Numbered from the stretch's first letter, positions 46,177-57,365 are shown. The stretch is DNA of 64,000 bases from Candidatus Poribacteria bacterium (GCA_965197475.1 CBDANF010000003.1:192001-256000); one strand, 5' to 3'. Made by a program: numbers and translations. Notes: generated by a model from the letters alone, not told the origin.

Positions 46177-47004
46177 ATGCCAACACGAATAGATCCTGGT
46201 TTCTTTGCGACAGATGCCTCATTTGAAGATAGTGCTGCAATCGTAACAGGCTCCAGCCGTGGTATCGGACGCGCAATCGCTATTGAATTGGCACGCCAAG
46301 GTGCCGATGTACTCATCAACTATAACCAGAACCGGGATGCCGCTGAAGCAGTGCAGCATGAAGTAGAATCACTCGGTAGAAAAGCGGTCATAATTCAAGC
46401 AGACATTAGCGACTTAGACGCACACGCGAAACTGCTTGAGACAGCACATGATGCCTTCGGTAAGGTAAATATTCTTATTAACAATGCTGGCATCACACAC
46501 ATCGCTGACATCCTTGAGGAAACACCGGAGCAGTTTGATCTGCTGTTAAACACGAATCTCAAAGCACCCCATTTTCTTACGCAACGCGTCGCAAATTACA
46601 TGGTGGAGAATGAAATTCACGGATGCATTATTTACACGCTTTCCATTTCAGATACGATGGCATCCGACAACCGAACCGCCTACTGTATTTCAAAAGCTGG
46701 ATTAGAGATGAGTATGCGAGCTTATGCTGGCAGATTAGCGATGCACGGCATCAAGGTGAACGGTATCGCTGCAGGTGTAATTAATACCGATCTGTCGCGT
46801 GTCCGCATACCGGATTACGAAGAGGCAGCGGAGAAAGGTTATATCTTTATGGTGCGTCCCGGCACGCCTGAAGATGTGGCACATGCGACTGTTGCTGCGA
46901 TGCGGCTTTACGATACGGGGGTTGTCCTACCTGCTTCTGGCGGTGTGATGACACCGTTGCTGAATCTGCGGTCTATGACGGAATTAGAGATGAATAGGTC
47001 TTAA
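46177..47004 (+). CDS. SDR family oxidoreductase
   Basis: TGSSRGIG, NNAG, YCISK. Confidence 0.92.
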   Translation: MPTRIDPGFFATDASFEDSAAIVTGSSRGIGRAIAIELARQGADVLINYNQNRDAAEAVQHEVESLGRKAVIIQADISDLDAHAKLLETAHDAFGKVNILINNAGITHIADILEETPEQFDLLLNTNLKAPHFLTQRVANYMVENEIHGCIIYTLSISDTMASDNRTAYCISKAGLEMSMRAYAGRLAMHGIKVNGIAAGVINTDLSRVRIPDYEEAAEKGYIFMVRPGTPEDVAHATVAAMRLYDTGVVLPASGGVMTPLLNLRSMTELEMNRS

Positions 47005-47032
47005 TTGAAAGTAGTAGGCACACACCGTGCGC

Positions 47033-47200
47033 TATTAAACCCAAGATCAGTTGGTATTTAGACCCGTTTTCTTACATTTATCGTAAGGACGGGAACATGA
47101 CACAAAATCTGCTACGCAGTGGTCAAGCGTCAACTCGTAAACAAGTTGCGGCGTTGATAGGTGTCAACCGCAAAACTATTAGATACTGGTTAGCGACTTA
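47033..47200 (+). pseudogene. IS630-like transposase HTH remnant
   Basis: LLRSGQASTRKQVAALIGVNRKTIRYWLATY. Confidence 0.55.
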
Positions 47201-47603
47201 TACCAAATTAACGGGATTTATCCTATTTTCCGGACGGTAGATGTGGTTTCCTAACCGCACCGTAGGCATCAATTTAGTGTGGCATACGCATCAACATCAT
47301 TATAGGGCGGGGGTCTCCCTGTGCCCCGCTGAATCATGCAGCATGCCATAAGCGCATTTAGCGTTAATTTGGCCAAATCTGATGTATCCAAATAATGGGC
47401 GGGCACAGGGTGCCCGACAAATGCCATAAGCGCATTTAGCGTTAATTTGGCCTCTACAATGAGATGTGGACAGATTTTGCCAAAAACTTTATATACCCCC
47501 AACATCCAATTATACCAAATTAACGGGATTTATCTTATTTTTCTGGGTATTAGGTGCGCTTAGAAAGCGCATCTACCGAGTGGGATCAAGTTAATTTGGT
47601 ATA
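47198..47603. repeat. cluster of short MITE/REP-like elements
   Basis: TATACCAAATTAACGGGATTTATC twice (47199, 47511), inverted GTTAATTTGGTATA near 47590, and ATGCCATAAGCGCATTTAGCGTTAATTTGGCC twice. Confidence 0.7.
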
Positions 47604-47648
47604 ATCCGCCTCTTGACATCACAACCCTATTATGCTAAAATTCCACAA

Positions 47649-48113
47649 ATGATCGTAAAGAAACCGTTTCCAGAAATTATGTTTGAACAGATGCAAAGGG
47701 AAGACCTCCAACAGGTAATGACAATAGAAAGGGGTTCCTTCTCCGATCCGTGGCACGAATCATTTTTTAAAAGGCAACTTCGCAAACGAAAAAAACACAC
47801 CTTTTTATACGTTGCTCGAATAAATAACAAAGTGATTGGATATATTGTCTTTTATATTTTTTCTGGTGAAGGACACATCATGAATATTGCTGTAGACTCT
47901 AAATATAGACGGCATGGTGTGGGAAGATATATACTCGCTTCAACCTTGGAGATCGTTCAGACTCAAGCGTGTAACGAGGTGTTTCTTGAAGTCGCTGTGA
48001 ATAATACAGCAGCGCGACAGCTCTATCAACAATTCGGGTTCCAGGTTTACGGTATTCGTAAAAGATACTATCACAACTGTGAAGATGCTTACGTCTTACG
48101 AAAAGAGATGTAA
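47649..48113 (+). CDS. rimI: ribosomal-protein-alanine N-acetyltransferase
   Basis: HIMNIAV..RRHGVG, FLEV..NTAARQLY..FGF, RKRYY. Confidence 0.85.
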   Translation: MIVKKPFPEIMFEQMQREDLQQVMTIERGSFSDPWHESFFKRQLRKRKKHTFLYVARINNKVIGYIVFYIFSGEGHIMNIAVDSKYRRHGVGRYILASTLEIVQTQACNEVFLEVAVNNTAARQLYQQFGFQVYGIRKRYYHNCEDAYVLRKEM

Positions 48114-48179
48114 GGTTGATCTTCGCTGATTCCTTGTCAAGAAACTTGGTCATAAATTGCACCTATAGGAGGTATTGAT

Positions 48180-48971
48180 ATGATTTTTGATATAGCACGT
48201 TCAGTTTTTTCAGCTACGGACACTGGGGAGACACTTTCGCTTTCAATCCGAAGGCAGGAAGCACGAACTGCCGGAAGAAACGGATGGCGCATCCTTGAAG
48301 AAGAGGTCAACTGGCAGGCAAGCAAAACCGCTATCATTGTCGTTGACATGTGGAATGAACATTGGTCATGGGGGGCAACCGAACGTGTCAACATCATGGC
48401 ACCAAGAATGAACATTGTCTTACAACGCGCAAGACAACGCGGCATCCAGATAATCCACGCACCTTCCGATACGATGGATTTCTATAAGGACCATCCTGCG
48501 CGAACGTCTGTGCTTGAAATCCCACACGCTGAGCCTCCACCTGAACGTGAAATGCCAGATCCGCCTCAGCCTGTTGATGCGTCCGATGGCGGCTCAGACA
48601 CCGGTGAAACTAATAGTTACAAAGCGTGGCACCGTCAACACCCGGTGATTGAAATTGATGATGGGGATGCCATCAGTGACAATGGACAGGAGGTTTACAA
48701 CCTGCTCGCGCACGAAGGTATTCAAAACCTTATCTTTATGGGGGTTCATACCAATATGTGTGTGCTTGGTCGTTCCTTTGCGATTAAGCCGATGGTGCGC
48801 TGGGGGTTCAACGCTGTTTTAGTGAGCGATTTAACAGACGCAATGTACAATCCTTTCAAACCGCCTTATGTTAGCCATGAAGAAGGAACGCGCTTAATCA
48901 TTGAGTATATTGAGAAATTCTGGTGTCCCACAATCTTGAGTGGTGACTTAACCACCCCCAAACCGGAGTAA
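48180..48971 (+). CDS. isochorismatase-like cysteine hydrolase
   Basis: AIIVVDMW, MGVHTNMCV. Confidence 0.85.
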   Translation: MIFDIARSVFSATDTGETLSLSIRRQEARTAGRNGWRILEEEVNWQASKTAIIVVDMWNEHWSWGATERVNIMAPRMNIVLQRARQRGIQIIHAPSDTMDFYKDHPARTSVLEIPHAEPPPEREMPDPPQPVDASDGGSDTGETNSYKAWHRQHPVIEIDDGDAISDNGQEVYNLLAHEGIQNLIFMGVHTNMCVLGRSFAIKPMVRWGFNAVLVSDLTDAMYNPFKPPYVSHEEGTRLIIEYIEKFWCPTILSGDLTTPKPE

Positions 48972-49038
48972 CTTCAAATTTATATTCGAATACTGTCGAA
49001 TAATACCGTAGGCCAGGGTAGGGTTGGATACCATACAC

Positions 49039-49076
49039 AAAAAAGCCCGCGACAATAAAATGCCGCGGGCTTTTTA
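49039..49076. terminator. bidirectional terminator
   Basis: AAAAAAGCCCGCG..CGCGGGCTTTTT. Confidence 0.75.
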
Positions 49077-49679
49077 TGTTAAATTCATTGCTATATTCAA
49101 TATAGTTGCCCATGTAAAGGTCAAGGAAACCATCGGCATCGTAATCGCCCCACGCAATACCCGACCCGAATCCTGTATGTCCGATACCTCCTGCCCCGAT
49201 GTGAAACGTTTGAATGTCCCATCTCCTCTATTTAAATAGAAAACATTCGCTTTATAGTTTGTGACATAAAGATCAGGATCGCCATCGTTATCATAATCAA
49301 CAAAGGCACACCCCATACCCCAACCTGTGTCACCAACACCCGCGATGTCAGTTACATCTGTAAATGTGCCATCGCCGTTGTTTCGGTAGAGCACGTTTTT
49401 TGGAAGAGTTGCCCCCGGTTCAGGTCTCACTGCGGTGCTGTTGACAATGTAGAGATCAAGCGTGCCATTATTATCATAATCTCGCCAGGCAGCACCAGAG
49501 CCAACAAGTGCTGGCACCACACGGAGGTCAATACCACCGGCATGTTTGAAGCGAATTCCTGATGCTTCGGTAACATTTACAAACTGAATCTCTGCCGCGT
49601 GTCCGTACCAGACAAGCATTATGCTCAATAATATCAAACTTGTGAAAACAGATATGTACCTGTTCCGCATGTGAGGCAC
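49074..49679 (-). pseudogene. truncated FG-GAP/CRTAC1-like protein
   Basis: DYDNNGTLDLY, NNGDGTFTDVT, DYDNDGDPDLY; frameshifts and ends early. Confidence 0.75.
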
Positions 49680-49728
49680 CTTTCTTGTTCAGTGTCATTT
49701 TCCAAAGACATCAATATAAGATTTATTG

Positions 49729-49803
49729 ATACACATTTCGCCCCGCTGGGGCTAAGAGGGTTATTCACCAGCGTTTCTATACACATTTCGCCCCGCTGGG
49801 GCT
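49729..49803. repeat. two 25-bp direct REP-like repeats
   Basis: ATACACATTTCGCCCCGCTGGGGCT twice, palindromic core. Confidence 0.75.
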
Positions 49804-50012
49804 GCCTTTGCTGAACCTATAATAGTTTTTCTGTGGGTTACAACTTTGCACAAAACTCGTAGAAAAATAGAAAGGACTTGAGAACACAACATGAAACAGA
49901 CAGAAATTGTCCAAACTTTAGTAAAACTAAACGCAATAAGTAGTTTTGGACTTGCAACAAGCCATTGAATTTTTCACTTGACTCTCTTTTCTCCCACATG
50001 TTATACTATCCT

Positions 50013-50089
50013 AACGTTGTTGGTAGGGAATCTCATCTGTCTCGCTTGAGGCAGTCCCTACCAAACCGAATGAGATCGGGAACAACGTT
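50013..50089 (+). ncRNA. candidate pseudoknotted RNA with HDV-like topology
   Basis: Four complementary pairings readable by eye, starting just after TTGACT-N18-TATACT. Confidence 0.4.
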
Positions 50090-50150
50090 AAGGTTAAACA
50101 ACGTGATCCTATAAACAAAACACGTACAACCCTTACCATAAGGGAATATC

Positions 50151-50387
50151 ATGGTACTTTTAGTGTGGCCACTTCTTGTATTTGCTTACTATAAGCAAAA
50201 ATACACGTTGAAAAACTGGCTTTTGTTTTTCGCTATCATTGGATCTATAGTCACTGTTCTCGGTGCTCGAGAATACGCATTAGTAGCATTGGTAGCCCAA
50301 ATTGTCGGCATACCTATTATTTTTCTGTCGGCAAGATTCACCGCTTGGTGTATCAAACGGTATGTAAACCGAAAGAAAACAGACTAA
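50151..50387 (+). CDS. small membrane passenger protein
   Basis: 78 aa hydrophobic ORF inside the IS. Confidence 0.6.
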   Translation: MVLLVWPLLVFAYYKQKYTLKNWLLFFAIIGSIVTVLGAREYALVALVAQIVGIPIIFLSARFTAWCIKRYVNRKKTD

Positions 50388-50435
50388 CCCAACAACGAGG
50401 TGCCCCTGTCCCCTCTAACTCACAAAGGAACTATC

Positions 50436-50771
50436 ATGTTAATCATATTTCCAAAACCTGAACAAATCACTGGATTTTGTCCATTAGCCGTAAATCTTAA
50501 TATTTATGATGAAATTGTGATCATCAAGAACAACGAATCAAACTTGTTCAATCTGACTCTGTTGAAACATGTAGACGCTCATGGATCGAACCAATCAACT
50601 TTTCTCTACAATTTGGGCATCTTCCAATCCGAGTCAGATTGCTATACATTGTTCCAAAATATTCTCGAAGCTTTGAATTCGGATCAAAAGACATTCGAGC
50701 TTCCGCCATCTGTGCTGCAAGCACCGCCTGAACCCGCGGATCATGCAAAGAAACGCCCTGGGTACCTTTAG
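50436..50771 (+). CDS. hypothetical passenger protein
   Basis: AAAGGA RBS and ATG, ORF inside the IS. Confidence 0.6.
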   Translation: MLIIFPKPEQITGFCPLAVNLNIYDEIVIIKNNESNLFNLTLLKHVDAHGSNQSTFLYNLGIFQSESDCYTLFQNILEALNSDQKTFELPPSVLQAPPEPADHAKKRPGYL

Positions 50772-50777
50772 TTTCAC

Positions 50778-51662
50778 TCATCTCATACTCTCATTAACAA
50801 ACTTATCAAAGATGCTGTCAATGCTCCTATAGTTATACTTGTAGCACGCCTCTGCGACATACAGGGGCGTATATTCAGTCCAATAGTGGTGATGTGAACC
50901 ATACCAAGCGCGTTTGAGAAGCGACCAAAACCCCTCAATCGTGTTTGTGTGGACATCACCGTCAACAAATTGCTCTTGATGATTGATGATATGATGCTTC
51001 ATATCTCTACCGAGTGCGAGATAAGCATTATATTCATCGGTCATCAACTCCGAATCCTGAACTTTCACGGCTCTTCGGATAAAGTCTAAAATAGTCCGTC
51101 CTGTCAAATCCCTTGCAAGTTGTGCTACAACTTTCCCACCGCGTTGGACAGCCCCGATGATTGCGTCTTTATCAGTGCCACGACCACGCTTGGCAGGCTC
51201 CGCATCTGCTTTCTTGTTCGGCTTGCGAGGTTTACCCCCGATGTAAGTTTCATCAGCCTCTATGATGCCTTGTAATAGCACGTTGCTACCTTTCTTTGCC
51301 ATTTCAGCACGGATACGAGTCATTATAAACCATGCAGTTTTCTGATTCAAGTCTAAATCACGACTCAACTGGTAACTGGATAACGACTTCTTCGCATTCA
51401 CAATCAACGAGATCGCCAAAAACCACTTCTGAAGTGCTATCTTTGTCCCGTGAAACACCGTGCCACACGTCACCTTGAAAGTAGCAGTGCAATCATGGCA
51501 TTGCCAGCGTCCGATGCGTCCCAATTCCGTCTCTGTCCGTTCCGCAACGTTTAGACTATCACAATGCGGACATCTTGGTTCACCACGCCACCGAATATAT
51601 TCCAAATGCTCAATACATGCTTCTTGGTCAGGAAAACGCTCCATTACCTTCAATAAATCCAT
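50778..51662 (-). CDS. IS1595-family transposase
   Basis: CPHC..CHDC zinc ribbon, IEADETYIGG, MTDE, HTNTIEGFW. Confidence 0.93.
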   Translation of the reverse strand: MDLLKVMERFPDQEACIEHLEYIRWRGEPRCPHCDSLNVAERTETELGRIGRWQCHDCTATFKVTCGTVFHGTKIALQKWFLAISLIVNAKKSLSSYQLSRDLDLNQKTAWFIMTRIRAEMAKKGSNVLLQGIIEADETYIGGKPRKPNKKADAEPAKRGRGTDKDAIIGAVQRGGKVVAQLARDLTGRTILDFIRRAVKVQDSELMTDEYNAYLALGRDMKHHIINHQEQFVDGDVHTNTIEGFWSLLKRAWYGSHHHYWTEYTPLYVAEACYKYNYRSIDSIFDKFVNESMR

Positions 51663-52004
51663 CAGATACTCCTTGAAATAGGAGTTGCTTTTTCTGACGG
51701 ATTTCTGATATAATACCAGATAAGATTAGAACCGTCAAAAAGCAACTCGCTTTTTGTGTTCATTTAGGGGGCTACCAACCCCCTACTTTCTTATCTATAT
51801 TGTATCATAGTTGCACAATTAAAACAAGTGGAAATGTAGTCTACATCTGTGTTTGTAGCGATTTTTACATGTTTGTTGCAAGTCCAAAACTACTTATTGC
51901 GAAAATAAATACAAGAATATTTACGTTAATATGGTATTAGGTTGTGTTTATATTTCAAAAGTCAGGATATTCAAAAGGTATATTCTATTGCCTGTGAGTA
52001 TACG

Positions 52005-54149
52005 TTAGAATGACTTATTTTCAACATCCGGATCAATTTCTTTTGCCTTTGCAAAGTCTGCGCTTGCTTCTTCGTGTAGTCCATGTGCTTCTTTTGCTTG
52101 TGCACGTTCGTAGTAGTAAAGCGCATTATCTGAATTAATCCGAATTGCCTCACTGAAATCTTCAATTGCCTCATCATAATTACCAAGCGCAGCCTTTGCA
52201 GCTGCCCGGGTGTGGTAGGCGGGAGCACTCGGTTTGTCTGAATTTAGACGAATCGCCTCATCACTGTCAGTGACTGCTGCTTGAAAAAGAATGTTGGCTT
52301 CTTCTTTATCTCCATGCTCAACTTCTAATTGTCCAAGCATATACTTTTTCCATCCTCTCCCATTATAGGTTGAGGCGTATTCTGGGTTTATTTTGATAGC
52401 TTCTGTATAGTCGTCAATAGACGCTTTATAGTATTCTCGCGCATCCGCTATGTTCCCTTGATCCGCTTTAGATTTACCAAGATTGTACTTCGCGAAACCA
52501 CGACTGTAGTAAGCAACATGATCCTTAGGTCTCAACTGGATAGCATTATCATAGGCTTCTATCATCCCTTTATAGTCACCGAGTTTACCTTTCGCAAGTC
52601 CAATGTTTTTGTAATATCCAGCAAACTCTGGATCTAATTTGATTCCCTCCATATAGTCATCTATAGCCTGTAGAAAGTATTTAGTGGCTTCTGCGTCATC
52701 CCCTTTGTTTGCTATGGATCTACCAAGGTGGTACTTCGCCAATCCACGCATGTTGTATGTTCTATAATCTTTCGAGTTGGCTTGGATGACTTTGTTGTAG
52801 TCTTCAATCGCCCCTTCATAGTCGCCGAAACAGTATTTTGCTTTTCCGCGACTTTCATAGACGTTGAAAAAAGTACTGAATTCAGGATTAATACTGATCA
52901 TTTTATCAAAGTTTTCAATAGCCCCGGCATAATCCTCTAACTCACACTTCAAATTTCCGAGACAAAAGTAGACTTCTATTGAATCAGGGTTGAGTTTCAG
53001 GGCAATATCAAAATCGGCGAGTGCCGCTTCATGTTGGTCAAGGCCAAATTTTGCCATTGCTCTGCAGATATAGGATTGAACAAGATCAGGGTCAAGTTTG
53101 ATGGCAACATCACAGTCAGCAACAGCGTCTTTGTATTGTTCTAACGATAAGTGTGCGGCTGCTCGGTTGTTATATGCCCATTCAAAATCGGGATTAATCT
53201 TGAGGACAACATCACAGTCAGCAATTACGTCTTTGTATTGTTCTAACGATAAATTTGCAGCTGCTCTGTTGATATACGCCTCTAAAAAGTCAGGATTGAG
53301 TTCTATGGCAGCATCACAGTCAGCAATAGCGTCCTCCGCTTCACCCAAGAATACATTTAAACCCGCCCGAGTGACGTATATCTCCACTAAATCTGGATTA
53401 AGTTCAAGGGCAGTGTCAAAGCATTTTTTTGCCTCCATGTGTTTACCTTCCGCAATTATCATCTGACCCTGCACACCTTGAGCATAGCCACGTATCCGTG
53501 GAAGTTTTTGCCATTCTTCTAAAGGTTCCGCTTCCCTCAAGCTCACAAGCAAGTAGTTTAAGACATTTGCTGGGATCGCATGGCTAATAGATGGCATCTC
53601 TCCTCTACTAAAAGCCGATATCTCAAAGGAAGCACCAACTGCAACACCTATTACCTCACCTGTGTTGTTTAGCAGGGCACCCCCACTATGTCCGGGACCA
53701 ATTCTCCCTTTAATCCGGACATATTTATCGCTATTCCTTATACCGAGGAGGGTGACTTGTGTGGCTACACCTTTTTCTCCACCGGGGTACCCTACGGCAC
53801 AAGCAACATCACCACTTTTGACCATATCACTGTCGCTAATGGAAAGCGGTATCCCTTCACCTGTGACTTTTAGTATGACAAGGTCGTTTTTAACATCAAA
53901 CGCGACTACTCCTTCAACTGGATATCGAGTTTCCGTACTGGCAAGTTCGGCAAAAATAGAGGGTGCACCTGCAATACAATGAATATTTGTCACAACCCTG
54001 TTTGGACTAACAAAGAACCCGGTTCCACGTAGCCAGACAAGAAGTTTACCAGATTCTTCGTCAGTTTTTTGCCATACTATACTGACTACTGATTCCATTA
54101 GGGCTTTTTCACCAATCTGTTGCAGTCTTTTATCTCTTTTTTCTTCCAT
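52005..54149 (-). CDS. trypsin-like serine protease + TPR protein
   Basis: GTGFFV, TNIHC, DLVIL, GHSGG triad, then many TPRs. Confidence 0.88.
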   Translation of the reverse strand: MEEKRDKRLQQIGEKALMESVVSIVWQKTDEESGKLLVWLRGTGFFVSPNRVVTNIHCIAGAPSIFAELASTETRYPVEGVVAFDVKNDLVILKVTGEGIPLSISDSDMVKSGDVACAVGYPGGEKGVATQVTLLGIRNSDKYVRIKGRIGPGHSGGALLNNTGEVIGVAVGASFEISAFSRGEMPSISHAIPANVLNYLLVSLREAEPLEEWQKLPRIRGYAQGVQGQMIIAEGKHMEAKKCFDTALELNPDLVEIYVTRAGLNVFLGEAEDAIADCDAAIELNPDFLEAYINRAAANLSLEQYKDVIADCDVVLKINPDFEWAYNNRAAAHLSLEQYKDAVADCDVAIKLDPDLVQSYICRAMAKFGLDQHEAALADFDIALKLNPDSIEVYFCLGNLKCELEDYAGAIENFDKMISINPEFSTFFNVYESRGKAKYCFGDYEGAIEDYNKVIQANSKDYRTYNMRGLAKYHLGRSIANKGDDAEATKYFLQAIDDYMEGIKLDPEFAGYYKNIGLAKGKLGDYKGMIEAYDNAIQLRPKDHVAYYSRGFAKYNLGKSKADQGNIADAREYYKASIDDYTEAIKINPEYASTYNGRGWKKYMLGQLEVEHGDKEEANILFQAAVTDSDEAIRLNSDKPSAPAYHTRAAAKAALGNYDEAIEDFSEAIRINSDNALYYYERAQAKEAHGLHEEASADFAKAKEIDPDVENKSF

Positions 54150-54331
54150 TGTAATATTCCTTTTTGCGTTGAACTGTCAGATAATTTGGTCGTTTATATT
54201 ATGTTTAGGTAAAACTTAAACATAATGATAACATTAAAACGAGAAAAAGCGTAATTGAATTGTAAGTTGTGTAGGTTGTACAGCATAATTGTCCAATTTT
54301 AGAGTTACTATGATCATTCAATGGACAAGGT

Positions 54332-56964
54332 TTACTCTTTCGGTTTGATAAAAGCATTAAGATCCCAAAGATATACGACACCATCAAGTCCACCGCTCGC
54401 GAACAGGTTCCCATCTGGACTAAACACAACAGAATGGACATCTTGCCGATGTCCTTTGACTGTAACAATGTGTGTTTCCGTTGATACATCCCACAGATCA
54501 ATTTGACTCCAACTACCACTCACCAATGTCCTACCATCCGGACCAAACGAGATACTATTAAGCACATTTTTACCCGAAATTGTTGCTTTGTGTTCTAACT
54601 TAGTAACATCCCATAGTTTGATAGTTGAGTCTCTACTTCCGCTCGCTATCGTCTTGCCATCCGGACTAAACGCAACTGAATTAACCCAATTCGAATGTCC
54701 TATAAGTGTCTTTAGATGGCTGCCCGTAGCGATATGCCATACGCGGACAGTAGAATCTCTACTTCCACTCGCTAATAATACCCCATTTGGACTGAAGGCA
54801 ACCGACAGGACACGATCTGTATGACCTGTTAGGGTTGCTTTGATCGCACCAGTGGAAACATCCCATAGCTGCACAGTATTGTCTTCACTCCCACTTGCCA
54901 ACCTCTTACCGTCTGGACTGAACTTAACGGATGTAACATCCTGTGTATGTCCTGCAAAGTTAGATACTTGTTCTGCAGTTGCAACATCCCATAGACGGAT
55001 AGTCGAGTCAGCTCCGCCACTTGCCAACAACATGCCGTCTGGACTGAACGATAACGAAGCAACCCAGCGCGTATGCCCCGAGAATGTATTTTTATATGTA
55101 GCAGTATTTACATCCCATAGAAGAACGGAAGCACTACCTGTACTCGCCAGTATCTCACCATCCGGACTAAATGCCACAGAATTGGTAACAACTATATGTC
55201 CAGTAAAGGTATTAATTTGTTCCCCAGATGCAATCTCCCATACGCGAATTGTTCCATCATTGCTTGCACTTGTTAGTGTCTCACCGTCCGGACTAAAGGC
55301 TACAGAATTAACAGGACCTGTATGCCCTACGAACGTGGCAATCGGCGAGGTGCTTACATCCATATCTTGACCAATACCCCACAAATTGATAATATTATCA
55401 GTACCCCCACTCGCCAACACCCCACCATCCGGACTAAAGGCTACACACGTATGCCCTTTGAGCGTTGCTTTGTGCTTGCCAGTACCAATATCCCAGAGCC
55501 GGACAGTTCCGTCCCAACTTCCGCTGACGACAGTCTCACCATCCAGACTAAACGCTACAGATGTAACCTGCCGTGTATGTCCTCTTAGTGTTGCTTTCAA
55601 AGTGCCGGTGTTAACATCCCAAAGATAACATTTTTATCAGCATTCCCGCTTGCTATTGTACGACCATCCGGACTGAACGCCACAGATGAAACACTCTCCC
55701 TATAATTAGACTCCTTATTTTTGCTGAGGGTCGCTTTGAGTTCATCCGTTTCAGCATCCCAAATACGGATTCTGTCCAACTCCGCAGTTGCTAACATCCT
55801 ACCGTCGAGACTGAAGACTACTGAATCTACAGGATTCAGCACTCCGGAAACTGTAAGTGTTGACTTTTGGGTGCGTGTGGCAACATTCCACAGCGTTGTG
55901 GATTTCCCATTTGCGCCACTTGCGAGTGTCTGTCCATCTGGACTGAACGCGATTGAATTAACTTCTGTAGCACCACCCATCAAGGCAAGTTCCTGTGTCG
56001 TTTCCGCATCATATAGCCAAATTCCAGCATAGGTCGCAACGGCAAGTAGTTTACCATTTGGCGAATACTTAATCTCATTTACCCCACCTTTACCCAACCG
56101 TGCTATTGCACCTTTGGGTAAACCCCAGCGTGTGTATTCTGGTGCTCTAATTATTGGACTTGATTGTGTATCCTCCTGAGCAGATGGCAAATTTACATCC
56201 CCTGTATTCTGAGGACCGAAATAGTATTGCATCCCAATTCCAATTAGTAATACAAATGAAACACAAACAGCGGCAGAAATTGCCAATGGCACCAGAGGAC
56301 TCCCACCTGATGGTGCTACTGGACCCAGTTGTGAAATCTCTTTCATCACGTTTGCTGTTAATTCTGTTGAGAATTGGAATCCACCGAGAATCTCTTGAAT
56401 CATGCCTTCCTCCTTCTTTAATCGGTTCCGCGCACGGTGCAGCCGACTCTTAACTGTGTTTGTTGATACACCGAGAAACTGACCAATCTCTTCACAACTC
56501 AAACCAGTAAGATAGTGAAGTGTTATTACTGTGCGATCGCTTTCTCGCAGCTTGCTAAGCAGTTTATGAACTAACGCGTGACGCTTTTCTTTTGTCGCTT
56601 CCTCACGCTCCCGTGATACATGTTCCGAATAGTATACTTCCTCTAACTCAATCGGGTCTGTATCTTCTAACGATTGTGGTTGTGGGGTTTTCTTTCGGTA
56701 CCACGTGATACACTTACGATTTGTGATGGTATATAACCATCCTGCAAAGCGGCCACGATTTTTGAGGGTCCCAAGTTTTTGATACGCTGTGATGAATACA
56801 TCCTGAGTAATCTCTTGTGCAATGTGAAAATCACCGACCTTCTGCCATGCCAATGCGTGTATCTGATCTTGGTATTTTTCAACCAGCGCAGCAAAGGCAC
56901 GCTCATCACCTTCAAGTGTGCGTTCAATCAACTCAGCATCATTGTGGCTCATGTGACACCTCAA
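54332..56964 (-). CDS. ECF sigma factor-TM-WD40 repeat fusion (frameshift near 55620)
   Basis: AQEITQDVF and NTVKSRLHRAR sigma regions, TM, repeated SVAFSPDG..LWD. Confidence 0.85.
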
Positions 56965-57365
56965 AATAGAAATAATCTTTTAATTTATAGACGCGATTTT
57001 GAATTGGAAGGTTGCACTTTTGCCAAAAAAAATACGTGTTTTTTAGGAAAATGAGCAATTATTTTGAGAGATGGACAAAATAACAATGCATCCTTCTTTG
57101 GAAGGGTATATCTTAAAGGATAGCATAAGGATTAAACAGCAGCCAACTTAAAAACACAACACTCTCAATAAAAGTGGGGTTTTGGTAATTTCCAATTTCG
57201 TAAAGATATTTTAAGGCTCCCTGGCAAGAAGGTAACCGATAAGCAGAAAGGCACGCATAAAAAGCGTGCCTAATGAAACTTTGGTAACTCAATTCTAAAA
57301 CAATTACAAGGAAGGGATAACGTAGGGACTTGAGATTAAAATGAAAATCTCGGTTTTTGAGAACT

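Larger units (their letters stand above)
49932..51901 (-). mobile_element. IS1595-family element carrying two passenger genes
   Basis: Perfect 29-bp TIR CGCAATAAGTAGTTTTGGACTTGCAACAA; 8-bp flanks AAACTAAA / AAAATAAA. Confidence 0.93.

Noticed and set aside
49729-49803. Mini CRISPR array
   Set aside because: Only two repeats with one 25-bp spacer and no cas genes; better explained as a REP-like pair.
54588-56032. Antisense ORFs over the WD40 and TPR genes
   Set aside because: Shadow frames of repetitive coding sequence with no independent support.
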